Part shown: positions 9,918 through 21,047 of the stretch, piece after piece
Layout of the letters: every line of letters begins with the position of its first letter
Numbering within the stretch: the first letter of the stretch is position 1
Assembly (NCBI GenBank): GCA_001275005.1
Contig: JWZX01002434.1
Coordinates: 1-33,741 of the forward strand
DNA from: Chrysochromulina tobinii
Lineage: Eukaryota
Length of the DNA: 33,741 bases
Direction of reading: 5' to 3'
Notes under the pieces: generated by a model
Seen by the model: the letters and a program-made list of their open reading frames with translations, nothing else
What the model was told of the DNA's origin: nothing
Databases searched by the model: none
Made by a program: the position numbers and the translations under genes

Positions 9918-10663
9918 ACGATACCTGCCCACATGGAATGAGATGGCGGCATGGCGGCATGGCGAGGCTGAGGTGGGGCCGAACCCCGTGCGGGTGGGCT
10001 CCCCGCCCTGGATGAAGCCGTAGTGTTGCGCGGAGGCCCGTGTCGCGCACATGTGACGGGCTGCCAGCGGAAGGCCGACGCACTCGCAGGCAGCGAGGGG
10101 CCACGTAGAGCGGGACAACATAATGCCCAGAGACCAGAGTCTCAGAGCAGAGAGCCAGAGCACCCAGTCTAGTGTGCCCGCGTTCAGCGCCGACAAGCCA
10201 TGCAGCTGCAAGCACGCCTTCGTATCTGGCGCCATGGCACACCATGGTCGCCCTTTACGTCCGGAAGCGCATATAATTGTATGTGTCTGAGGCCATTTGC
10301 GGATCATAAGGACTAATATATGCATACATGTGCACCATGCCCTTGGGACGACACGACGACTACAATGTATACGATCGTCAGTGCCGCTGGAGGCCTCGCC
10401 TTGCGGCCTAGGCCCTAGCTGCAGCAGTTTAAGTAGATCGACTGTAATTTGCCTGCTCCCAGGCTCCCTGAGAAACTAAGCGCACATCTCTCATCTCTCA
10501 CATCTGTCATCACGCACACGACCAACGAGAATCGACTGTACTATTCGTTGCGCAAGCAGCGCCGACGGCGAGGGCGGCGCGGGCGAAAAACGTATTGTAC
10601 ACAAGCAAGCTAATTAGTCGACACACACAAGTACCTAAACCAGCGCAACCGAGTACCCCTGTA

Positions 10664-10700
<37 letters not shown>
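10664..10700. repeat. (GCTT)9 microsatellite
   Basis: Perfect tetranucleotide run read directly from the sequence. Confidence 0.95.
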
Positions 10701-10701
<1 letters not shown>

Positions 10702-10760
10702 ATTGTACACAGCGTTGCAGTGTGGGGAAAGTGAGGTCACGGTCTCTCACAAGTCGTGCG

Positions 10761-11777
10761 ATGCTTCGTACCGCGGCGCTTCCTCATCGGCGCTTAACGA
10801 TTCGATGCGCTTTGCGAGTCGCTGCACGAGGACTCGCCGCATCAACGGAGTCCACGATGGCAGCCAAGCCTCCGCCGATTGACGAGTGGGATCCGCGCTT
10901 CATGCGATTTGCAGCAGGCGTCGTGGGCCTGTGCATCTTCCAGCGCTTCATCGTGCCCGCGCCTAAAGTGCCTGAGCCACCGCACGTGTCAAAACGAAAG
11001 GTCCCTCAGCCTGTGGAAGAGACGCCGCCCGCTCCATTGAGCCCGCCTGCTTCCCCCACCGAAATCGCCGATCCCGCCGAACCCACCGGGCCCCCAGCGC
11101 CGGCCTCAGCCACCATAGTTACTCCGCTGGCACCACCGGCACCAGCCGGCACCAAACCACTCGGCACCACCGCTGGGTGGCGCATCTTTGAGAGCGAGGG
11201 TGCTGTCATGGCTGCCTCGTCCACGTCATCGCTCCAGCTCACACCGCCCGGCGTGGCTGTGGGCGCAGTGCTCATCGGTGACGCTGAGCTCTTGGTCGAG
11301 TTGCCCGCCGCTTTCGGCTCGGACGCCTCCACCCTCTACCGCATCAAGCTGCCGACCGAAGAGTATCAGACCGGCCCCGAGCTCGTGCCCGACACGCTGT
11401 CGCCCGCCGGGACATGCACGCCGCCAGGCAGCGTCGTGAGCTGGATGACCTCCGGCTCACCACTCGCGGTACGCGGCGCGGTCGTGCGGAGCGGTTCGAG
11501 CCTCTTTCTCGCTCTCCGCTCCGAGGAGCACGCGCGCATAGGGAACCCGCTCTGGCTGGCCACGTGCAAGCGCCTCGGCCTGCCTGAGCCGCCCATCGAC
11601 CCGCTGGGTCCACGGCTCTACTCCGAATGGCGCCTCGTCGGCACTTTGGACAACGAGGCCGACCAACTTGAGGTTCAAGGTTTCCATGATGAGGCCGCCT
11701 GGTTCATTGACCATAGCACTAAGACTGCCGTGGCATTCTCCACCGATGGCTCGCGCACCGAGATCTCGCTTCGATAG
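10761..11777 (+). CDS. Hypothetical protein, probable mitochondrial single-pass membrane protein
   Basis: From ATG 10761: Arg-rich, acid-free presequence MLRTAALPHRRLTIRCALRVAARGL, one hydrophobic segment (FAAGVVGLCIF), a Pro-rich linker and a beta-rich globular domain. No family recognised. Confidence 0.55.
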   Translation: MLRTAALPHRRLTIRCALRVAARGLAASTESTMAAKPPPIDEWDPRFMRFAAGVVGLCIFQRFIVPAPKVPEPPHVSKRKVPQPVEETPPAPLSPPASPTEIADPAEPTGPPAPASATIVTPLAPPAPAGTKPLGTTAGWRIFESEGAVMAASSTSSLQLTPPGVAVGAVLIGDAELLVELPAAFGSDASTLYRIKLPTEEYQTGPELVPDTLSPAGTCTPPGSVVSWMTSGSPLAVRGAVVRSGSSLFLALRSEEHARIGNPLWLATCKRLGLPEPPIDPLGPRLYSEWRLVGTLDNEADQLEVQGFHDEAAWFIDHSTKTAVAFSTDGSRTEISLR

Positions 11778-12408
11778 GAGCGCCTCGGTGCAACGGCCCC
11801 GGATCTCGCATGCTCACCGAAGATGGCGAGCGCACTCACATATGTTCCACGGGTGCAGGGATGTCACGAAAGACAGTTGCGAGCATGTGCATGCCGAGGT
11901 GGCCGCGTGGTCGCGTCCCACGTCACAAGGGTGCACATGCAACAGACAGGGCGAGAAGGAAGGCTCAAAAGTAAAATATTCCGGCCCGCGGGTCCGCAGG
12001 CGCAGCCGAGCGCCATATTGTCGACATGTCGAGCGCTGCGTCGGCGAGCTGGGGTACCCGCTGCGGAGCACGGAGGTGCAGCGTGGGGCCTTTATGGTTT
12101 ATCTCATGTTTGATGTGATAAAAGGGCAGTTTGGTCGCACCGTCGTTATTTTATAGATTAATAGCGAGTACTGAGTGGTATAATTCGGGCCGCGGCGCGC
12201 CCAGGGCGCAGGCCGCAGCCGGCGGAACGCGATAAGAACGCGACATGCGATCGCTTAAAGATTCATGCCAGGGAGGGAGCAAGATCGACTGCTGCTGCGG
12301 CCTTTGAGCATTTAGCCTCAGGGACGTGCTGTGGCGCCGTCGGCCGCAGTTACTTCGGACCTCCGGGCTCCGCTCTTCTTGATAACCCCCCGGGGGCCCC
12401 CGGATTCC

Positions 12409-13833
12409 CTAGCTGCTCTTCTTCTTCCTCGCGACGGCCGCCTTGCCAAAGCCGCCGCGCCCAACGAGTGTGCTCTCGGGCAAGCTGGCTGCCACGCTCG
12501 GGGCTGGGGGCGAGCCCGCGGCAGCCGCGTTGGGCTCGGCTGCCGTCGCCGTCGCCGTCGCCGTCTCGCCGATGGTCGCGCGCATCTGATTGCGCGCGCC
12601 GAGCGGGTCGGGGCGCAGCGCCTTGGGCAAGTCGGCGCGCACGCGCGCGAGCGAAGGAGGCCGGCAGAGGGAGCCGACAGCGAAGCGCTCGAGTGCTTCG
12701 ATGTAGCTCTGCTGGATCTCGGTCTCGGGACGGCGGGCGGCAAGGAAGCTCAGTGCATCGTACAAGGACCAGCCCGCGTGCGTGCTGAGCAGGTGTGCTG
12801 TTGCGAGGCTGCCCGCGCGCGAGCGGCCCTGCTGGCAGTGCACGAAGACGGGCCCATGAGCGGCGGCCGCGGCCATGGCGGCGAGCGTTGCCGGAAGCAC
12901 CTCGAGCAGACGCTCGCCGTCGCCTGGCTTGTCGGTCAGCTGCCCGCCGTCGGCGCAGCGTACCTCGACGAGCATGCATTGGCGGCCGGAGCTCATGGCG
13001 GCACTGACGACCTCGCGCGCGGGTGCGGGGTTTACGTGCTCAGGCGCGAGGTTGACGACGCCGCCGAGCGGCACGAGCGGCGCCCAGTCAGCGATGCACA
13101 ACGCATGGCCCTGGTGGCCGACGAGCAGCGAGCCGCCGACGAGGTTGGGTAACACGGGCCGGCGCTCGGCGCCCGTCTCGCCGCACAGGTAAGGGTGGGC
13201 GGCGCACAAGGCCGCAAAGGCGCCATCGGAGAGCAGATACACGGTGCGGCGCACGCGGCGCGTCACGGCGTCGAGGAGCGCGCGCTCGCGCTCGGTCGGA
13301 GCAGCAGAGGCGCCGATGCAGACGGCGTCGTCCTTGAGCGGCAGTGCGGCTGCCGCGGGCGCATCTTCGATGACGACGCTCTCGCGTAGCCGCGATGTGG
13401 CCATCGCTCGCAGATCGATGGCGACGGTACCAAACCACTGCAACACATTGTAGGCGAGCTCCACGTTGTCGAGCACCAAGACTGTGGCGCCGTTGCCGCT
13501 GCTCCCAGCGGTGATTGCGAGCGTGCTGGCCGGGCGCGCGAGGCTGATTGGCGTGGTCGCCTCGGCTTCACCATTACGCAGTCGCCACTCGGCCGTGCGC
13601 GGCAGGCCACTCGTCGCGGTGGCCTCTTTGATCACCACGACACCGTCGGCCGCCGGCAGTGCGTCGCCGTGCGCGTGCCACGCGGTGGCGTCGCCCTGCT
13701 CGGCCGCGGCGGCTGATCGTACCTCAAGCACCGTGACACCCGGCGCCACGCTCGCGTACACGAGGCGTACGCCGTCCTTGCCGAATGGCTTGGCCGCGAG
13801 CGTCCGCAGCGAGGCGGGAGTCGCTGTCCCCAT
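12409..13833 (-). CDS. Dual-specificity phosphatase, MAP kinase phosphatase-like (rhodanese-like + DSP)
   Basis: Catalytic CX5R motif VFVHCQQGRSRAGS and YDALSFLAARRP. Upstream rhodanese-like motifs (VAIDLR...VYLLSDGAFAALCAAHPYLC). First ATG at 13833. Confidence 0.85.
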   Translation of the reverse strand: MGTATPASLRTLAAKPFGKDGVRLVYASVAPGVTVLEVRSAAAAEQGDATAWHAHGDALPAADGVVVIKEATATSGLPRTAEWRLRNGEAEATTPISLARPASTLAITAGSSGNGATVLVLDNVELAYNVLQWFGTVAIDLRAMATSRLRESVVIEDAPAAAALPLKDDAVCIGASAAPTERERALLDAVTRRVRRTVYLLSDGAFAALCAAHPYLCGETGAERRPVLPNLVGGSLLVGHQGHALCIADWAPLVPLGGVVNLAPEHVNPAPAREVVSAAMSSGRQCMLVEVRCADGGQLTDKPGDGERLLEVLPATLAAMAAAAAHGPVFVHCQQGRSRAGSLATAHLLSTHAGWSLYDALSFLAARRPETEIQQSYIEALERFAVGSLCRPPSLARVRADLPKALRPDPLGARNQMRATIGETATATATAAEPNAAAAGSPPAPSVAASLPESTLVGRGGFGKAAVARKKKSS

Positions 13834-14070
13834 CAAAAAACACACGTGAGTGTTTTGCAATGCGCGTCGAATTGGGCACTTCGAGACACGACTCGTCCAC
13901 GCGCCGAGAGGAAAACCTCTTCCGTTTTCAGTTTGGGGTGACTGCCTTTCTGTGAGTTTCAGCGGCGGCGCCGCATCGGGCGGCGAGACCGGGTTTCGCT
14001 GATGTGGGGAAGCCCTGCCGCCCCTGGTTGAAAGTCAAAGCAGCCGCCTACCGACCCGACCTCGCTCGCC

Positions 14071-15578
14071 ATGCCTCCCAACGACGGTCCCGCCGCTGCG
14101 ACCCGCGCCCGCGTGGCGCTTGGCGACATTTCCAAGCGTCCCGAGCACAACAAGGCCATCGGCCAGCTCGGCAAGCCCTTGGTGCGCATCCCTTCGCAGC
14201 ACCCACCGCGCCCTGCTCGCGCAGCACCTGCCGGGCGGTTGCCTGCATGTCCCTGCGAGCGCGGCGGTCTGACCGCGCGGCGCCCGCCCATTCGCCACGC
14301 AGGAGCCGGCCAAGAAGGCCCTGGCCAAGCCGCGCGACAACCTGGCCAACGCCTTTGAGACTTTGGCGGTGCCCAGCAAGGAGGTTGACAAGGTCGACAT
14401 CCCCGACGTGCAGGATGCGCAGTCGGTCGTTCCGTACCTGCAGGAGATCCACGATCACTACCGCAAGTCGGAGGTGCGCACACGCCAGCACGCACCGCCC
14501 GGTGATCGCGGCATACTGGCCGGCCGGTGGACACACTCGCGATGCTGCACCTGTAACAGCGCAGCGGGCTCAGGCGAAAGGAGCCGGCTTGGAGCCGACG
14601 ACTGGCGACAAGGACTGCGGCGCGCAACGAGCTGGCGCGCGGCATTGGCATCTGCATGCACATTTGCTCCACGCTCCGCCCTCACCTTGCGCTGCTCCCG
14701 CTCCCGTCTCCACGCGCAGGCGATCCACCTCGCTGCGTCCACCTACATCACAAAGCAGGAGGACATCAACGAGAAGATGCGCGCGATCCTCATCGACTGG
14801 CTCGTCGAGGTGCACCTGAAGTTCAAGCTCATGCCTGAGACCCTGTACCTGACCGTCAACCTGATCGATCGCTACCTCGAGAAGGAGAAGATCAAGCGCA
14901 GCCACCTGCAGCTGGTCGGCGTCACGGCGATGTTCATCTCGTCCAAGTACGAGGAGATCTACGCGCCCGAGTGCCGCGACTTCGTGTACATCTCCGACAA
15001 GGCGTACACGCGCGAGCAGATCCTGAAGATGGAGGGCGACATGCTCTCGAAGCTCAACTTTCAGCTGACCACGCCGAACTCGCTCCTCTTCCTCAAACGC
15101 TTCGTCAAGGTCGCCGGCGTGCATGCCAACCCGCGCACCAAGACCGATCTGCTCGCCAACTACCTCGTCGAGCTCACCCTGCAGGACTACAAGATGCTCA
15201 AGTACCTGCCCTCGCAAATCGCCGCTGCTGCCACATACCTCTCGCTCAAGACTATGGGCGCCAACCCCTGGGTACGCTGCGCACCTGCCGCCTGCCGCCC
15301 TCACTTGCGTTTGAACTGCTCACTCGGGGCCGCTCCGCGCGCGTGCTGCGCGCTCACTCTGTCGCTCACGCGCGCAACCGCTCGCTTCCACTGTGCAGTC
15401 TTCGGAGCTGCAGCAGCACACGTGCTACACCGAGGCTGCCATCCTGCCCTGCGTGCGCGACATGAACCAGCTGCACAAGAACGCGGCTGCCAACAACCTG
15501 CAGGCCGTGCGCAAGAAGTACGCGCAGGAGAAGCACGGCTCCGTGAGCGGCATCCCGCCAGTCGAGATTGCTCCGTGA
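14071..15578 (+). CDS. CYCB: Mitotic B-type cyclin
   Basis: D-box RVALGDISK and cyclin box INEKMRAILIDWLVEVHLKFKLMPETLYLTVNLIDRYL...SKYEEIYAPE. Introns 14182-14302, 14474-14719 (in-frame) and 15272-15398. Ends AVRKKYAQEKHGSVS. Confidence 0.95.
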
Positions 15579-16445
15579 GCCGCCGACGCGCCTCACGACC
15601 TACAGGCGGCACTGCTGCAGACGCAGTGCGCTCCCGGCGCCTCGACCGGCGTCGTGGACGCGCACGCATTTCGCGCGTGCTACTTTAGGGTTAGCACCAT
15701 GTGTGCGTACAGACACGAGCCCGGGCGCAGTGCGCTCGGGCTCGACATCTTGAGTGGCGCTGATGTGGCGCAGGTCAGATGATGGGCTTGATGGTAGGGG
15801 AGCGTGGTCATACCACGTGGGTCAAGCGATGGACAGCCGTCGGCATCGCGTGCTGTGATGTGCACCCGAGTATATGTGATCTGTGTACTTTTGTCGATGC
15901 GTGTGAGGGTCGGTCGGTCATGGAATGGATGGAAGATTACCTCTGCTACAGCTATGTATGTCGTTAATATGCCACTAACTGCACGTTTATCGTTTTGAGT
16001 CCAAATTGCTACCGTTCTCAATCGAGCGCTCAGCCTGTCGGAACCGCGATCGGATCGTCGGACGTCGCGGCTCGCGCGGAACAAGCCGGATCGAACTTCG
16101 AAGCCGGAACGCCAATCGCCATGGGCGGAACCGCGTCGCGGATCGACCGCGGCCCGCGTCCGTCCGGTCGGGTCGCTACCTAGTTACCCTATACCTGGTA
16201 GCGAGTTACAGCTTAGAAGCCTAACCCTAAGCGTTTACGCCCGGTCGGGCCGGTGTAAGCCCTCGCCTAACGGATCGATTCGGGCCTTCAAAATGCTGAG
16301 GGAACGCGCCGCTATGCCGCTATGCGCTAAGACGCTATTCGCCTCAGCCCTTCGCCCTGATGAGGCGAGACTCGCGCGCGCCAGCGCTGTGCCGGCGCGC
16401 GCCAGCGCCGCGCCGGCGCGCGCTTCTGCGCGTGGCGTCACCATC

Positions 16446-18196
16446 TCACCATCTCTGGTATTTCGAGAGGCCATCGGGGCACCGCCACGGCGTATGGCCC
16501 CGCTCGGGCGTCTCTTGCATGTCCACCTCGCGCTCGAGACAGCGCACGCACACCCCGCGTACGTAGTGGTGCTGCTTGCACAGCCGCACCTGATGAGGGA
16601 CGCAATCAGTGGCAATCGGACGCAATCAGCGGCCATCAGCGGCCATCAGTGGTGCTGCTTGCATAGCCGCACCGCCGTCTTGAGCGCGCGGCGCGCCCTG
16701 TGGGAGCGTTCCTCGGCGGCGCGCTCCTCCTCGGCCTCCTCCTCCTCGCTGCTGCCCTCGGGGTAGTGGTTGTCGTTCAGCCGCCATTTGTTAAGGAGAA
16801 CGCTCCTATTTTGGGAAGGGCGTGGCGACCCCTTTTGGGAAGGGTGTGGCGACATGGCGCTGTCGAGGGCCTCTCCCGTCTCGCTCGTGAGATTGACCTG
16901 ATTCGCGGCCAGCTCGTGCGGTTGGGGCCAACGGCGCCGCTTCCAGTGAGCGTCCGTGTCCGGCTCCTTGCCGGCGTTTGCGAGGACGCGCGCGGCGACG
17001 AGGGCGGCGTCGGGTGCTGGTGCTGGCGACAGTAACGATGGTACCTCACTGGGCAGCTTCGCGCCACGCGCGAGCTCTGCGTTTGCCGCCGCGAGTCGGC
17101 GGCGCGCGTGTAGCAACGCCGCGCGCACGACCGGCCGCGCCTAGATGGAGTTAGGGTTAGGGTAGGGTTGGGGTTGGGGTTAGGGTTAGGGTTAGGGTTA
17201 GGGTTGGGGTTAGGGTTAGGGGTTAGGGTGAACCGGCCGCGCCTTGAAAGAGCTGCCGCTCGCGCCTACGCCTGGGCTCTCAGCCTCTTCGTCGGACGTG
17301 GCCATGGCCGCCGCGTACTCGTACGATGAGCCGTTCGAGAGAGCGGCGAAGTCGGCCTCGTGCGCGCGGTCGAGCGAGACGCCGGGGCGGGCGCATGATC
17401 GAGCGAGTGCGCTCTCATTGTCCGCTAACTGCAGCAGCGTCGGAATGATGTTTGGATGGCACGCCGCGAAGCTCCCAGTCAAACGGCCACCCTCGTACTG
17501 GTCGCGCGCGATCCGAGCGAAGTCGAGCACCGCCGTCGCGGCGTGTCGCAGCTGCGTGGCGCGATGCGTCAGGGACGCGGCGCGTCTCCCCGCCTCCACG
17601 CCCGCAGAGGCGGCGACCGAAGAGCCGCCGACGGCGACGGCATCCTCGCTGTGGTACTCGGAGTGATGCTCACCCGCCTGGGCCCGTAGCGCGTTCGACA
17701 GCTCGAGCAGTCGCGTGCCGGCTGCGCTCGGGTCGGTAGCCTCGTCCGAGAGCCGGCTGACGACGGCGCGCAACTCCTCAGCGAGGAAGAGGTGCGCGCC
17801 CGCCTCGAGCAGGCGCGATCGCTCCGCGGAACCGTTGCCTGCCTGAACTCTGGACGCAAGACGGTTCTGTGCGGCGCGCTCCCGTGACGGCGTCACGTAT
17901 GCATGAGGCGGCCGCTGTTTGCCAGCGCTGGCTGGCCTCAATGGCGAGGTTGCGGTGGAGGAGCGCCACAGAGGCTGCCTGCCCGTGCCAGTCAAGGGCG
18001 GCGAGCCCTCGTCCAATGGCTGCTGCGATGATGAGGAGGGCAAGTGCCACGGCGGGGCGGGAGGCGCAGGCGTGACGAAGCCATCGAGCGCAGCCGCCGC
18101 TGCAGAGCCGTCCAAGCTCAGATCAAGCGACGCCGAAAGCTGCTGCATGCGCTGAACCGAGCGCTGCGACATCGAGGAGGTGCTGAGGCGCTCCAT
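16446..18196 (-). CDS. Hypothetical protein (3 exons) with a C-terminal CxxH-x6-CxxC putative zinc motif
   Basis: ORFs 17216-18196 and 16646-17128 and a final exon 16589-16446 (VRLCKQHHYVRGVCVRC...YQRW*) join in frame after removing introns 17242-17141 (or 17233-17141) and 16672-16590. Confidence 0.6.
16590..16672 (-). repeat. Intron made of a decamer satellite plus a 26-bp exon duplication
   Basis: Sense strand: GTGCGG...CACCA CTGATGGCCG CTGATGGCCG CTGATTGCGT CCGATTGCCA CTGATTGCGT CCCTCATCAG. Direct repeat 16565-16590 / 16648-16673 with 1 mismatch. Confidence 0.85.
17151..17228. repeat. Interstitial telomeric array (about 13 TTAGGG/TTGGGG units) inside an intron
   Basis: Read directly. Flanked by the 13-bp direct repeat ACCGGCCGCGCCT at 17130-17142 and 17232-17244. 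Confidence 0.95.
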
Positions 18197-18647
18197 TCCT
18201 CCGACCGTTACAAAGGTTGGAAGGACACGTATTTGTTCTCAAAGTTTGGGTCGGGACCCCTGCACATACATGTAAAGCGAAATGCGATATCAACGCGTGT
18301 GGCGCCTCACTTGTTCACGTGAACTGCGAGAATAGAGACTTCAGGGTGTCGAGGAGGAAGCGCGCTTGCGCGAGCCTCTTCGCGCTCCGTAGCGCTCCCG
18401 TGCTCAACGTGCGTCGGTGCGATCGATGCACGCGCACAGCGCACCGCCTTCGTACACGGAATCGATCGAGTGCCCAGGTGCTTTCCTCCATGGTGCCCCG
18501 CGGGCACTCCTGCATCTCCGGAGTCTCCCTTTGTCTCTCTCATGACCGTGGTTTTTCGCATGCGGGCGTCGCCGCCGACCAGTCCGCCTCCCTCCTCTCC
18601 ACCCCGTGCGCTTCACTGCCACGCTCTTCTTCTCTCTTGTTCACAGG

Positions 18648-19126
18648 ATGATCGCGATGCTCATCAACTGTGTAGCAGAGAAGACCAGCGCCCACAGCGG
18701 TGAAGTCTACTCGGTCGCCTTTTCCCCGGATGGGACCAAGATTGTCTCCGGATCGCGCGACGGGACGATCAAAGTCTGGGATGCAGGTGCGTCGGAGCCC
18801 TCGAATCGCCCCTCCTTGGCCAAAACTGACGCTTGCTGGCTCGTATTGCAGGCGCGCTGGGGCTGCTGAGCGAGAAGACGAACGCCCACAGCGGCTCGAT
18901 CAACTCGGTGGCGTTTTCCCCAGATGGCACGAAGATCGTGTCCGCATGCAATGGTGGGACGATCAAACGCTGGGATATGGTCAAGTGGTCTCGCAAAGAT
19001 CATTTGTTGTTCAACGTCACCACCCAGCAATTTGTCTTGCAGCTGCTGTGGCTGAACAAATACAGCATGAAGTTTCCTGATGATGTGCTAGATCTACTGA
19101 TTGAAGCTTGCTTGCAAAGCAGGTGA
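18648..19126 (+). CDS. Short protein with two HET-E-like WD40 repeats and a helical C-terminal tail
   Basis: [31 protein letters not shown], intron 18787-18851 (GTGCGT...TTGCAG), then [31 protein letters not shown]. 137 aa in total. An upstream acceptor at 18646 suggests a further 5' exon. Confidence 0.7.
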
Positions 19127-19688
19127 GGCGGGGTGACGGCAATCGGGTGTCGCCTCTTATTTTAGCAGCCTCTTCTGAGAGCTGCCTCCTATAAACGGAG
19201 TTGGGATTGCTGTTAGCTGATCACGTGAAGGTCCTACGATCACGTGGGGGTCACGCTGTGCTTGGGCGAGGCTTTGGATTCTTGGATTGCTGTCCTTGTC
19301 AAGTGCGCCGGTGCATGCGATTCCATGCGCACGGCGCCGTTGCTGTGTTTCAGAATCAGAATTTAGAATTAGAATCTGTCATGGAATCGTGTACGTGAAC
19401 CCGCCAATGCGCCATGCCCATGGCGCGTTGGCCGGCCATGCCAGGACCCAGGTGCTCCAGCGAAGGGATTCTTTACGCACCTCCGGTGTAACACCAGTGT
19501 TCCCGAATCGAATGAGCGCGCGTCTTCCATGTCGCGTCGTTTCGCTTCCTGGGCACACTGGACCCTCTCCACGTGGAATGTCACGTGTGTGGATCCCCAT
19601 CATGGCCATATTACATGTCGCATCGCAGACGTGTGACGTGATGTGACAGACGGGGGTGTTTGCTCCTCTCGGCGGCTCTTACAGTGTC

Positions 19689-20160
19689 TCAGCCGCGCTT
19701 AAGCCGCGCTCCGTGCACGGCTTCGGCTCCCTCAACGGACAAGAGCGATTCATCGAAGCCTTGCTGCGCCTCGAGTAGGCGCGGCAAGCACCACTCGTAC
19801 AGCGCGCGCTTCTCGTCGCGCTCGAGCTCGCGCACCTGGCCAGGCTCGAGGCCGCCAAGCCCTACAGGCCCCACCTCCAAGCGGCGCAGGTGATGCAGAT
19901 GCAGCCCCGCCTGCTTGCACAGGCGTCGGACCTGATGATTCCGCCCCTGTGAAAGCACCACTTCGACGCGTGTGACCCAGCCATCCTGAGCGCCGTCCTG
20001 AGCGAGAGGATCCTCCAAAAGGCGAGGCGCCTCCACCACATTCGTCGCCCGTCCGTCCTCAGCGTCCCCGTCCTCGGCGTCCAGCTGGGCCAGCTCCGAA
20101 AGGCAATTCGCCTCTCCCAACGCCAACGCCGCCTCCAACTGCTGCTGCTCCTGCTCCTCT

Positions 20161-20222
<62 letters not shown>

Positions 20223-20876
20223 AGCTCGCTGCCTCTCGGCGCGCCGGCTCGCGTGCCAGAGCTCACGAGCTGAGGGAAGTCGCTTCGACGCGCGCCTGAT
20301 CTCCCCGTGCTGCTCTCGCTTGCGCGCCCTGTCCGCCGTGCTATCAAAGAATCGCCACTCGGAGGCGGGCCGCTCGTCCACGTACGAACCGCGGCACTCG
20401 ACGGCGACCGCCGGCCTCGAGTAGTACGTTCGGCCGCTGAGTCGATGGGTGAGTGGCGCCGCGAGCCGCTGGATGCTCGATGATTCAGGCTCGTGCCGAC
20501 CTGCGACGATCAGCTCATAGCGCTTTGTCACCGGCGAGCCGCCGTACGCCTCGAGCACCTCAGGCAGATTGATCAATGCGCGGTTGAGGAGGCCGTGAGC
20601 CGTCACCAAAATGAGCCCCGACGTCTCAAAATCAAGCCTGCCCACGTGGCCAGCCATCGGCACGACACCCGCCTCTAGCATGATGTCTGTCAGAGTCCGA
20701 CGTTTCTGAGTGTCGTGGCCTGCAGCACTCAGCACATTCCGTGGCTTGTAGATGGCGTACGTTGGCTCGGCGAGACATTCACCCGAAGGAACGTCGGTCA
20801 GAGCAGCGGCCGGCGGACGCAGATCATCGAAGAACCATCGTTGAGGCTGTTGCGTGAGAGAAAGCACGGCCATCAT
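19689..20876 (-). CDS. RsuA/RluE-family pseudouridine synthase with a polyQ-containing insertion
   Basis: YKPRNVLS, HVGRLDFETSGLILVT (catalytic Asp), KRY, and LSQGRNHQVRRLC...LRRLEVGP..LEPGQVREL. First ATG at 20876. Confidence 0.9.
20163..20222 (-). repeat. (CAG)20 coding polyglutamine tract
   Basis: Perfect trinucleotide run, in frame as Q20. Confidence 0.95.
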
Positions 20877-21047
20877 TTCCGGCCGCCTGGTTGCCGCACG
20901 CCTTCCACGCCTGCCTTGACCAAGATCCAAGTCGGCGAGTTTCTTCACGGGAACCGAGAAAAGCAAGCGGCACACAAAAAATTGCAGCTTACTCACTCAC
21001 TAGACTCACTTTCACTCACTCACTCAAAAGACCCCTCTAGCTAGGTG

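Noticed and set aside
13900..14070. MSA-like (CCGTT) and CHR-like (TTGAAA) cell-cycle elements upstream of cyclin B
   Set aside because: Single short matches expected by chance.
14474..14719. Apparent 82-aa insertion in cyclin B (and 38-aa insertion at 7115-7228 in the EGF protein)
   Set aside because: These are stop-free 3n introns with GT...CAG ends and pyrimidine tracts.
16035..16232. CG-rich region with short palindromes, an 8-bp hairpin (TCGCTACC/GGTAGCGA) and CCTAACCCTAA
   Set aside because: Stems are too short, with no recognisable ncRNA or MITE structure. Two telomere-like units are not significant.
17151..17228. Chromosome end or scaffold join
   Set aside because: The coding frame continues on both sides with a flanking duplication and splice sites, so it is interpreted as an intron.
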